A stretch of DNA of 64,000 nt. It comes from Syntrophales bacterium. Its GTDB lineage: Bacteria; Desulfobacterota; Syntrophia; Syntrophales; UBA6807. The stretch is from contig JAXGPA010000001.1 in assembly GCA_040767195.1 (NCBI GenBank), positions 640,001 to 704,000 of the forward strand, written 5' to 3'. Shown here in pieces: positions 56,089 to 64,000 of this stretch; position 1 is the first letter of the stretch; each line of letters starts with the position of its first letter. The position numbers were made by a program, and so were the translations under genes. The notes beneath the pieces were generated by a model. It was not told the origin of the DNA and searched no databases. It was given only the letters and a program-made list of their open reading frames with translations.

Positions 56089-57903
56089 TCAGAAATAATA
56101 CCAGATGGAAAGGTAATCATTGATGTTTTCACCGTCCTCGCTGAGCCGTTTCAGATAGTCGTAAATGGAGACGTCCGTGTAAAGGTAATCGTTGGCGGTG
56201 GTCAGTTTCGTTTCCCAGGAATAGAAACGGTAAATCCGGCGGCCGTCGGGAAGGATCATGATCACCTCGTGGTCCTGCCAGGAGCGGAGGTGGGATTTCC
56301 CCAGGCGGGGGACGTTGAAGACGGGCTCGTCCGTCCTGACGAGACCGGGCAGGAGACGGCACTCTTCTTTTCGTTCCTGCTCGATCCGGGCGATGGGCAC
56401 CCGGAAGTCGAGGGTCTCGTCCTTGCCCATGGTGTTGAAGGTGTAATAGGGGTCCACCCCGCAGACCTTCAGGACCTTGCGGAGATAGGCGCATTCGAAC
56501 TTGCGGCTGTTGTAGTAAGTGAATACCGCCTGATTGTAGACGTTAATGCCTAATTTCCGAATCCTTCGAAGGGCCTCGAGGGAGTCCGGGTTCATCTCCG
56601 AGGGATGCTCGAAGTGGGTTACCACGGCGATTTCCCGCCGGCCCCACTCGTGGTATTTTTGAAAGATCCCAAGGAGTTCGTCGTCGATCCGGAAAGGGAG
56701 GGTCACGGGTATGCGCGTGCCGATCCGGATCCGGTCCACGTGATCGATGGCGGCAATTTCCCCAAGGATCCAGTCCATGTAGCGGTTGTTCAGGGTCAGG
56801 GGGTCGCCGCCGGTGACGAGGACCTCGGAAATGTTCCGATCGTTCCGAATCCACTGGAGCGCCTCGGCGACTTTCTTCCTGGAGAGCATGACCTCTTCGT
56901 CCATGTCCTTCACTTCCCAGTTCCGCTGGCAGTAAACGCAGATCTGGGGGCAGGAACGGTAAGGCTTGATGATGACGATCTGGGGATACCGGCGGGTCAC
57001 CCCCTCAATGGGGCTCGTTGACTTTTCCGCCATGAAATCCATGTCCACGCCTTTTTGGCGGTTTTCAATGACATTCGCGCAATAGCGCACGCTTGGAATG
57101 ACTTGGGCCCGGATGGCACGGTCCTGGGGTGACCGGCCGTCCCGGTTGAAGAGCGAGAGGTAGTGAGGTGTAATTTCGAAAGGGATATCGTTCTCCAGGG
57201 CCATTTCCAGGCCCCCGATCTCGTCGTCTTCCAGGTGAACCAGGGCGGCCAGGGTCTCCTGGTCCCGGATGATGTGTTTCAGGTGCCACCGGTGATCATA
57301 CCAGTCCTTCCCGGATCCGCCGAAATGAGAGAGGATGGCCTGGCGCATATGTTTACGCTGTTCCACGATTTTTTCGTCCATCCCGCTGACGTATCGCCGC
57401 AGGTACCGGTTCGTCATGGACGCGTAGGCATCGAGCTGTCCCGAACGGGCCAGGGCCGCTTCCTTTCCTTCCCCGTCCGCGAGGAATCCTTGCCTCCGGG
57501 AATGCCGGCCGTACCGGCCCCGGATACCCAGGAAGAAGGCCAGAAACTCCATGATGAAGCCTTCGGAAACCCTGTCGAGGATTCCCTCCTCCCTGTGGGC
57601 CAGGCTGTAGAGAAGCTCCAGGGAGGACGTGCCCGTCAAATGTTCGTTCTCCGTCCGGAACACGTTTGAAACGACGCGGATGCACTCCCGGACGTTTCTT
57701 TTTTCGACGACATTCAACTCGGAGTAGTAGGTGCCGGCTTTCATGTTGTAAAGATCGCGCCTCAGCCGGTCGAGATAGTCGAAGACCACATGCCGCCCCT
57801 CCTCCACATGTCTCGAATTCTGGAGGATGCTCTCGATCCGCGGTTCCGCCCGCCACAGCCTCTGAACCAGTTCTTCCTTGTTCAGGTTGATCAGTTTCTT
57901 CAT
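56089..57903 (-). CDS. Long-form KamA (lysine 2,3-aminomutase-like) radical SAM protein
   Basis: ITP.Y, RRYP, CPQICVYCQR, VL.TGGDP, RIGTR.PV, THFEHP.E, NQ.V, GV.PYY, LGK; ~200-aa N-terminal extension. Confidence 0.88.
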   Translation of the reverse strand: MKKLINLNKEELVQRLWRAEPRIESILQNSRHVEEGRHVVFDYLDRLRRDLYNMKAGTYYSELNVVEKRNVRECIRVVSNVFRTENEHLTGTSSLELLYSLAHREEGILDRVSEGFIMEFLAFFLGIRGRYGRHSRRQGFLADGEGKEAALARSGQLDAYASMTNRYLRRYVSGMDEKIVEQRKHMRQAILSHFGGSGKDWYDHRWHLKHIIRDQETLAALVHLEDDEIGGLEMALENDIPFEITPHYLSLFNRDGRSPQDRAIRAQVIPSVRYCANVIENRQKGVDMDFMAEKSTSPIEGVTRRYPQIVIIKPYRSCPQICVYCQRNWEVKDMDEEVMLSRKKVAEALQWIRNDRNISEVLVTGGDPLTLNNRYMDWILGEIAAIDHVDRIRIGTRIPVTLPFRIDDELLGIFQKYHEWGRREIAVVTHFEHPSEMNPDSLEALRRIRKLGINVYNQAVFTYYNSRKFECAYLRKVLKVCGVDPYYTFNTMGKDETLDFRVPIARIEQERKEECRLLPGLVRTDEPVFNVPRLGKSHLRSWQDHEVIMILPDGRRIYRFYSWETKLTTANDYLYTDVSIYDYLKRLSEDGENINDYLSIWYYF

Positions 57904-58089
57904 GGTTTCCGTCCTGTCCTGTTCATATCGTTGCGACATTCATGGAACGCAGACTGCCGGTGAAATTTATATCACAGAAACTTCGCGATTTTCAACCATG
58001 CCGGAAATGACGGACCGAACCCGCCGATGGGACAGAGACGAAAAATGTGATACATGTAACGAACCCGATGTCAAACGAAAGGGGGAATC

Positions 58090-58992
58090 ATGTCTCCTGA
58101 AAGCGATCTGAACGCCCTGCAGGACCTGGCGGACCGACTGGTGTCCGAAAAACGTTTCGAGGAGGCCGTGGAACTCTATGGGAAGCTTTCGGAAGCGTAT
58201 CCTTCCAACGAATCCATTCTTCTTTCCCTCGCCTGGGCCTACCGGGACTGGGGCAAGAACGAAGAGGCCATCGCCTGTCTCGAACGTCTCCTGGAAAAAG
58301 AAATCGAGCGGCGCGTTTTTACCGGGTTCGCCTTCGATGAACTGGTCCGTCTCTTTCGGGAAAAAGGCCTCCATGACCGTCTTGTCTCCCTGTGCGAACG
58401 GGTCGTCGAGGCCCAGCCGGAAGACCCCGCTTTCCTCGGCACCCTCGGTGAAGCCTACCTCGAGGCCGGAAAGACGGATGAAGGTATCCGGGTTTTCCGG
58501 ACCCTCACCGAAATGGAACCCGGATCTTCGGCTTATTTCTGCCTTCTGGGCAGGGCCCATGTTCAGGCGGGATCTCCCGATGAGGCGGAGGAATGCTTCG
58601 AAAAGGCCGCGGCCATTGATCCCGGGGAATCCCACGTCTTTCTCGGCCGCCTGGGGGATCTTTTCGCCCATGCCGGCGACTTGGACCGGGCTGCCCGGAT
58701 TTTCAGAAAAGCCTCTGCGGAAAAGCCGGATGTTCCTTTTTATCATTGCTCCCTGGGGGATGTCCTGATCCGGCAGGGGCGACTGGAAGAGGGACACGAG
58801 GCTTACAATCGGGCAGTGGCCTGTGACCCCGGATCGGGGGAAGCTTACCTGAACCGCCTCGGCAGATCTCTCCTTGACGGCGGCTGCGGGAAAGAGGCGG
58901 CCGCTGTGTTTGAATTCCTCGTCGACCGCCGTCCGGCACACCCCTTTTATCGGCAAAGCCTGGAGGAAGCCCGGAAACTCGTGAAGAAATAA
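58090..58992 (+). CDS. Tetratricopeptide repeat protein
   Basis: Repeated LG..Y...G..EEA...F..A...DP TPR pattern. Confidence 0.88.
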   Translation: MSPESDLNALQDLADRLVSEKRFEEAVELYGKLSEAYPSNESILLSLAWAYRDWGKNEEAIACLERLLEKEIERRVFTGFAFDELVRLFREKGLHDRLVSLCERVVEAQPEDPAFLGTLGEAYLEAGKTDEGIRVFRTLTEMEPGSSAYFCLLGRAHVQAGSPDEAEECFEKAAAIDPGESHVFLGRLGDLFAHAGDLDRAARIFRKASAEKPDVPFYHCSLGDVLIRQGRLEEGHEAYNRAVACDPGSGEAYLNRLGRSLLDGGCGKEAAAVFEFLVDRRPAHPFYRQSLEEARKLVKK

Positions 58993-59087
58993 AACAGGCC
59001 GCGCTTCAGGGCTGTAAACCCCGCGCTTTGAGAAAGGACGTCCGGCCCTGCCGGGGAAAATGAGGCGTGACGTCAAAAAATCGGTTC

Positions 59088-59117
59088 TTGACAGGGATCC
59101 GCCCCTTGGGATATGCT
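59088..59117 (+). promoter_or_regulatory. Putative sigma70 promoter of tRNA-Ala
   Basis: TTGACA-N18-TATGCT followed by a C-rich discriminator. Confidence 0.6.
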
Positions 59118-59149
59118 TCCCCCGTTCCTCCCGAGGAACCGCACAACAC

Positions 59150-59225
59150 GGGGATGTAGCTCAACTGGGAGAGCGCGGCGTTCGCAATGCCGAGGTCAGG
59201 GGTTCGAGCCCCCTCATCTCCACCA
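59150..59225 (+). tRNA. tRNA-Ala (anticodon CGC)
   Basis: 76-nt cloverleaf GGGGATG..CATCTCC-ACCA, G3:U70 pair, anticodon loop TTCGCAA, GTTCGA T-loop. Confidence 0.97.
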
Positions 59226-59232
59226 GAAAAAC

Positions 59233-59264
59233 AAAATCCCTCCCGGTACCGGGAGGGATTTTTT
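59233..59264. terminator. Bidirectional intrinsic terminator
   Basis: Perfect palindrome AAAATCCCTCCCGGTACCGGGAGGGATTTT plus TT. Confidence 0.85.
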
Positions 59265-59348
59265 CATTCTCTGACCCATGAAATCCGCGGCGGCGCAAAA
59301 GCCTTCCGCCGATCGGCCTTTCAGGTCTTTATTCACGTTCACCCGCCT

Positions 59349-60371
59349 TCAGCGCTGTGAAAACAATCGGGCGAAACGCCTCTTCTTCCTTTTTTTCCAA
59401 CCTCCCCTGTGATAGCCATAGCCCGCCAGGAGAGGCAACGCCAGGGTCGCCTCGGAGAAAACCATCTGTTCAAAGGCCGTGTCCACTTTTCCCCACGAGG
59501 AAGCCTCCTTCAGGGTTGAACTGGAACAGGCGCCGTCCCGGACATCGGCCACGGTGACCTGGACGGCGTACTTGTGCATGGGGACTTCCTTGCCGAGAAT
59601 TTCCGCGCAGATCACCGTGTCCTGCACGAAGTTCTTGGGGACACCGCCGCCGATCATGAGAAGCCCCGTCGTCTCCGCCGCCATCTTGATTTCCGTCAGC
59701 TCCCTGAAGTCCTTGACCGAGTCGATGCTCACATGGCTTTCGGGATGCCGATGCTGGTGAAGAACCAGGCCGAAACCGGCGCTGCTGTCGGAAAAGGCGG
59801 GGCAGAAAACCGGGACGTCGTGCTCCCAGGCCAGCTGAACGAGGGAGTTTTTCTTTTTCGAGTGGGCGGCGAGATATTTTCCCATCTCGGCGATGAATTC
59901 CCGGGAGGAATAAGCCCCCGGCGGAAGGGCGTCGGCGATCTCCGTGACCGTCCGGTCGCAGGCCTGGAGTTCTTCCTCGTCGATGTACGTGTCGTAGATC
60001 CGGTCAATGTAGAGCTTTCTCAATTCCTCGTCGTTCACGTGGGGCGTCCCCTGGTAATGCCGAAAACCGAGGGCCTCGAAAAAATCCATGTCGACAACGG
60101 CGGCGCCGGTGGCGCAGACGGCGTCCACCATGTTATTGGCCACGAGATCGGCGTAAACTTGGAGGCAGCCGGCGGCCCCCGTGCTTCCCGCGATGGTCAG
60201 GATGACGGCGCAGTCCTCGTCCCGAAGCATGCGGTCGTAAATGTCAGCCGCCACGGCCAGGTCCCTGGCGGAAAAAGACATCCCCCTCATGGCTTCCACG
60301 AGGGGCACCACGTTGTATTTCTTGATGTCGATGTGCCGGACTTCCTCTTTGAGATAATCCCTTTTTTCCAT
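59349..60371 (-). CDS. Deoxyhypusine synthase-like protein
   Basis: F.ARDL, IDRIYD, FCPAFSDSS.G, IGGGVPKNF, DGACSSSTLKEA.SWGKV (catalytic Lys), EATL. Confidence 0.92.
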   Translation of the reverse strand: MEKRDYLKEEVRHIDIKKYNVVPLVEAMRGMSFSARDLAVAADIYDRMLRDEDCAVILTIAGSTGAAGCLQVYADLVANNMVDAVCATGAAVVDMDFFEALGFRHYQGTPHVNDEELRKLYIDRIYDTYIDEEELQACDRTVTEIADALPPGAYSSREFIAEMGKYLAAHSKKKNSLVQLAWEHDVPVFCPAFSDSSAGFGLVLHQHRHPESHVSIDSVKDFRELTEIKMAAETTGLLMIGGGVPKNFVQDTVICAEILGKEVPMHKYAVQVTVADVRDGACSSSTLKEASSWGKVDTAFEQMVFSEATLALPLLAGYGYHRGGWKKRKKRRFARLFSQR

Positions 60372-60659
60372 TTTTCTTCCCTGTCCTGCCGGACCCTTCG
60401 TCTTCCGGAAATCCCCGTCCTCCGGAAGCCCCCGATCCCGTCTCAATCCGTTAATTTCGAAAACCCATCCCGCCGGGACAATCAAAACGGCCGGACACTC
60501 TCCTCTTCCGTCGCGGTCCTGTTTCGGCGGGGGGAAAACCGTCATCATTTTATATTCGATTTCCGGATTGTCGACAAGGGGTCAATCGAAACCGTTTTTT
60601 TCTTGTGAATACCGCCGAAAATGGATTAAGAAACGGCAAAGACCACCGGGAGGGTGACC

Positions 60660-61079
60660 ATGAAATTATCCAAGAAAGAAATCCTGGCGCTCATGGAAGA
60701 CTGGGCCGGGGCCTGGAACCGCCACGACTTCCAGGCGGTCATGGAAAAATTCCATGACGACATTCACTTTGAAAACTGGACCGGCGGCAGCGCCCGGGGC
60801 AAGGAGTCCCTGCGGAGAGCCTGGACCCCCTGGTTTGAAAATCACGGAAACTTCAACTTCAAAACCGAGGCCTTCATCGCCGACGAAACGGGACAGCGGG
60901 TGATCTGGCAATGGACCCTCGACTGGCCTTCCCAGGAGAAGGGATACGAAGGGAAGCGGGAGATCCGTCGCGGGGCGGACGTCATCACCCTGAAGGACGG
61001 GAAAGTCTTCAGCAAGATCACCTATTCCAAGACCACCGTTGAGATCGACGGCCGGAAGGCGGTCCTTAAAGCGAACTGA
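60660..61079 (+). CDS. NTF2/SnoaL-like protein
   Basis: AWN.HD, GK, G.DV....DGK...K.TY.K. Confidence 0.85.
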   Translation: MKLSKKEILALMEDWAGAWNRHDFQAVMEKFHDDIHFENWTGGSARGKESLRRAWTPWFENHGNFNFKTEAFIADETGQRVIWQWTLDWPSQEKGYEGKREIRRGADVITLKDGKVFSKITYSKTTVEIDGRKAVLKAN

Positions 61080-61331
61080 ACCGGCGTGTCCCGGCGTTAT
61101 CGGTAAACGGTCACACAAAATACAAGTGGAAAAAATCCAGGGAACGCCTTTTTGCCGGAGCCCCCAGAAAGACTCCGTTTACAAAAGAGGCGCCGGCGTC
61201 GTCTCGAAACGATTCAGTACGGACCTTCCTGTACCCTGGCCAGGAAGTTAACAGGTGTGGCATCAGTCAACGTCGCCAGGAAGGGTGACCGAAGCCCGGG
61301 ATTCTGCGTAACAGGTATCACCGGGGAGGCG

Positions 61332-61718
61332 TCAGTCGCACAGGGCGATGACTTCGATCTCGATGGGCGCGTCCTTGGGCAGGCCGCTCACGGCGAAGCA
61401 GGACCGGGCGGGCGGGTCTTCCTTGAAGTATTCCCCGTAAATGCCGTTGAACTCGGCAAAGAGGGCCATGTCCCGGAGAAAAACCGTCGCCTTGACAACC
61501 CGTCCCATGCCGGAGCCCGACGCCTCGAGAACGTCCCGGATGGTGTCCAGGACCCGCCGGACCTGGGCGGAGAAAGGCCCCGCCACCATGGCCCCCGTCG
61601 CCGGGTCCAGGGGGATCTGCCCGGAGAGAAAAAGAAAGCCGCCGGCCCTGACGGCGGTGGAATAGGGTCCCACGGCCACGGGGGCCCGGTCCGTTCTGAT
61701 GATTTCCTTTTTCATCAT
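61332..61718 (-). CDS. ridA: RidA/YjgF reactive intermediate deaminase family protein
   Basis: GPYS.A, LSGQIP, K.TVFL.DM..F..FN..Y..YF...PPARS, LP....IEIE. Confidence 0.9.
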   Translation of the reverse strand: MMKKEIIRTDRAPVAVGPYSTAVRAGGFLFLSGQIPLDPATGAMVAGPFSAQVRRVLDTIRDVLEASGSGMGRVVKATVFLRDMALFAEFNGIYGEYFKEDPPARSCFAVSGLPKDAPIEIEVIALCD

Positions 61719-61923
61719 GCCCTCCTCTTTTCCTGAATGCCCTGAACAAAAGAGAATCTTGCAGCCGGGCGGCTCTTCCCTGAATGGAGCGGCTCTTGGT
61801 CGTGGCTGCCCATGGGTTCTCTCTATCGAAAAAGGGGCAGAGAGGCAACGAAAATAAAGGGCTTGCAACTGCCTTCCGCCTCTGCTAAACGGTGCGGATA
61901 GTCAAAAAAGGCGGAAAACCCGC

Positions 61924-63276
61924 ATGTTGAACGATGATCACACAAAACTGGTCCTGACGGTGACGGAGCTTACGGAAGAGATCCGGTCGCTCCTCGAGGA
62001 TACCTTCGGCTTCCTGTGGGTCGCCGGGGAGGTGTCCAATCTTCGCCGCCCGTCGTCGGGACACGTATATTTCACCCTGAAGGATGAAAAAGCCCAGGTC
62101 CGGGCCGTTCTCTTCCGCCAGAGCTCGGCCCGGCTGGGTTTTGACCTCGAGGACGGCATGGAGGTCCTCTGCCGGGGACGGGTCTCCGTATACAGCCCCC
62201 GGGGGGAGTACCAGATCATCGTGGACGCCGCCGAGCCCCGCGGCCTCGGTGCCCTTCAGCGGGCCTTCGAAGCCCTGAAAAAACGACTCGAGGCGGAAGG
62301 GCTCTTCGACGCCGCCTTGAAGAAGGCCATCCCCTTCCTTCCTCGAAGGATCGGCGTGGTCACCTCCCCGAGCGGCGCCGCCGTCCGGGATATCCTGAAC
62401 ATCACCGGGAGGCGCTTCCCGTCCGTTGACATCCTCATCGCGCCCGTCCGCGTCCAGGGGGACGAGGCTCCCCCGGAGATCTGCGACGCCATTGCCCTTC
62501 TTAACGAACACCGGCTCGTGGACGTAATCATCCTGGCCCGGGGCGGGGGCTCCCTGGAAGACCTGTTTCCTTTCAACGACGAGCGGGTCGCCCGGGCCGT
62601 TCGGGCTTCCCGGGTTCCCGTCATATCGGCGGTGGGCCACGAGATCGACTTCACCATCGCCGACTTCGCCGCCGATCTCCGGGCACCGACCCCCTCCGCC
62701 GCCGCGGAGCTTGTCGTTCCCATGAGAGAGGATCTGCGACTGGCCCTCATCCGGGACGGGGACCGGCTGGCCCGGGGGCTGGGAAAAAAGATCCATCATC
62801 TGCGGGACCGGTCGTCCTTCCTGAAGGACCTTTTGAAAACCCCCCGGCGGCGGATCGAGGAATCTCGCCTGAGAGCGGATGAAACCCTGGCGGACCTGGA
62901 ACGGGAAATCACCAGGATCCTTCGGGCGAAGGAGGAAAGACTCGGCGGGAAGCTGCAGCACCTGCGGGCTTTTTCACCGGCGGGACGGGTCGGCAATGAC
63001 CGTTTTCGGCTTGATCACACGGGAAATAATATGATAGCGGGACTCAAGCGGGCCCATGGCGAACGAACCTCCCGCGTCCGGAAGGCGGGCGCGTCTCTGG
63101 ATGCCCTGAGCCCCCTGTCGGTGCTTCACCGGGGGTACGGAATAACCCGGAAGCACCCCGACGGCCCCGTCCTGCGGGATGCCTCCGACCTGATCCGGGG
63201 CGACCGGGTCAGCACCCGGCTCCATGCCGGGTCTTTTGTCGCCGAGGTTCTGGAAACAGCACCGGGAGAAGAATGA
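61924..63276 (+). CDS. xseA: Exodeoxyribonuclease VII large subunit
   Basis: GEVSN..SGH.YFTLKD, IGVVTSP.GAA.RD, RGGGS.EDL, SAVGHE.D, TPSAAAE. Confidence 0.96.
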   Translation: MLNDDHTKLVLTVTELTEEIRSLLEDTFGFLWVAGEVSNLRRPSSGHVYFTLKDEKAQVRAVLFRQSSARLGFDLEDGMEVLCRGRVSVYSPRGEYQIIVDAAEPRGLGALQRAFEALKKRLEAEGLFDAALKKAIPFLPRRIGVVTSPSGAAVRDILNITGRRFPSVDILIAPVRVQGDEAPPEICDAIALLNEHRLVDVIILARGGGSLEDLFPFNDERVARAVRASRVPVISAVGHEIDFTIADFAADLRAPTPSAAAELVVPMREDLRLALIRDGDRLARGLGKKIHHLRDRSSFLKDLLKTPRRRIEESRLRADETLADLEREITRILRAKEERLGGKLQHLRAFSPAGRVGNDRFRLDHTGNNMIAGLKRAHGERTSRVRKAGASLDALSPLSVLHRGYGITRKHPDGPVLRDASDLIRGDRVSTRLHAGSFVAEVLETAPGEE

Positions 63277-63512
63277 TGAAAGACATGAAGTTCGAAGAGG
63301 CCCTGGAACGTCTCGAGGAAATCGTCCGGGATCTCGAAAAGGGCGACCTGACCCTGGAGAAATCCCTGGCGGCCTTTGAAGAGGGCATCGGTCTTTACCG
63401 TTTCTGCACGGGAAAGCTGGACGAGGCGGAGCGGAAGGTGGAAATTCTCCTGAAAGACCAGGAAGGGCTCCGGATCCAGCCCTTCCTGAAGAAGGAAGAC
63501 GATGGGGAATAA
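63273..63512 (+). CDS. xseB: Exodeoxyribonuclease VII small subunit
   Basis: FEEAL.RLE.IV..LE.G.L.LE.S...FEEG..L..AE.KV. Confidence 0.95.
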   Translation: MMKDMKFEEALERLEEIVRDLEKGDLTLEKSLAAFEEGIGLYRFCTGKLDEAERKVEILLKDQEGLRIQPFLKKEDDGE

Positions 63513-64000
63513 CCGGGCAGACACCCTGGAAACATACCTTCGGCAAAGAAAAGACCTCGTCGACGAGGCCCTCGACGCCTTTCTCCCTCCCGAAGACACG
63601 CCTCCCGAGTCGATCTTCAAGGCCGTCCGGTACAGCATCTTCGCCGGGGGGAAACGGCTTCGCCCCATTCTGGCCGTCGCGGCGGCGGAAATCTGCGGCG
63701 CCCGGGCGGCGGACGTTCTTCCGATGGCCTGCGCCCTGGAGATGATCCACACCTATTCCCTCATCCACGATGATCTTCCCGCCATGGATGACGACGACTA
63801 CCGCCGGGGACGGCCGACGAGCCACCGGGTTTTCGGGGAAGCCGTAGCCATTCTCGCCGGCGACGCCCTGCTCACCGAGGCCTTCCGGCTCGCTGCCCGC
63901 CGGGACCTCATGCCGGACACCCCCCCTGAAACAATCGTCACGGTCATCGGCGAAGTCGCCGAGGCCGCCGGTTTTTTCGGCATGATCGCCGGACAGGTGG
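63502..64000 (+). CDS. ispA: Polyprenyl (farnesyl) diphosphate synthase, 3'-truncated by the window
   Basis: Translated by hand from ATG 63502: YSIFAGGKRLRP, EMIHTYSLIHDDLPAMDDDDYRRGRPT, AILAGDALL; xseA-xseB-ispA order. Confidence 0.93.
   Translation, partial: MGNNRADTLETYLRQRKDLVDEALDAFLPPEDTPPESIFKAVRYSIFAGGKRLRPILAVAAAEICGARAADVLPMACALEMIHTYSLIHDDLPAMDDDDYRRGRPTSHRVFGEAVAILAGDALLTEAFRLAARRDLMPDTPPETIVTVIGEVAEAAGFFGMIAGQV

Noticed and set aside
59150..59340. tRNA-Ala as a possible integration site
   Set aside because: No integrase, no duplicated tRNA 3' end noticed and no composition shift; it is followed directly by a terminator and an ordinary gene.
61240..61325. Twister or hammerhead ribozyme resemblance (GGGTGACCGAAGCCC, CTGATG)
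   Set aside because: Loop length and conserved cores do not match (no CUGANGA..GAAA, no twister pseudoknots found).

Overview
A 64 kb, GC-rich, gene-dense chromosomal window. Gene content and protein style suggest an anaerobic deltaproteobacterium (Desulfobacterota, Syntrophales-like; this is inference). It is mostly core genome: ilvE, pdxS, comM, murI, moaC, mobB, pgi, tkt, yqeY-dnaG-rpoD, a partial his operon, lspA-ileS, groES-groEL, suhB, tRNA-Ala(CGC) and xseA-xseB-ispA. It also holds a TRAP transporter, an MdlAB-like ABC exporter, a VIT-VWA/ECF sigma/anti-sigma module and a Mo-related ModE/DUF364/MobB/sigma54-activator cluster. I saw no integrase, transposase, prophage or CRISPR array. 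Most notable observations: (1) the rpoD behind dnaG has near-perfect regions 2-4.1 but an in-frame rewritten region 4.2 (-35 recognition helix), while seven intergenic TTGACA boxes persist; (2) lspA has an in-frame TGA at codon 19 followed by a SECIS-like hairpin; (3) a Tyr-rich leader peptide and alternative hairpins precede the TRAP operon; (4) a MamI-like membrane protein lies outside any magnetosome cluster; (5) a sigmaE-type promoter precedes the VIT-VWA gene; (6) an orphan promoter-hairpin-terminator unit is an sRNA candidate. All calls come from reading motifs by eye; no database searches were run.
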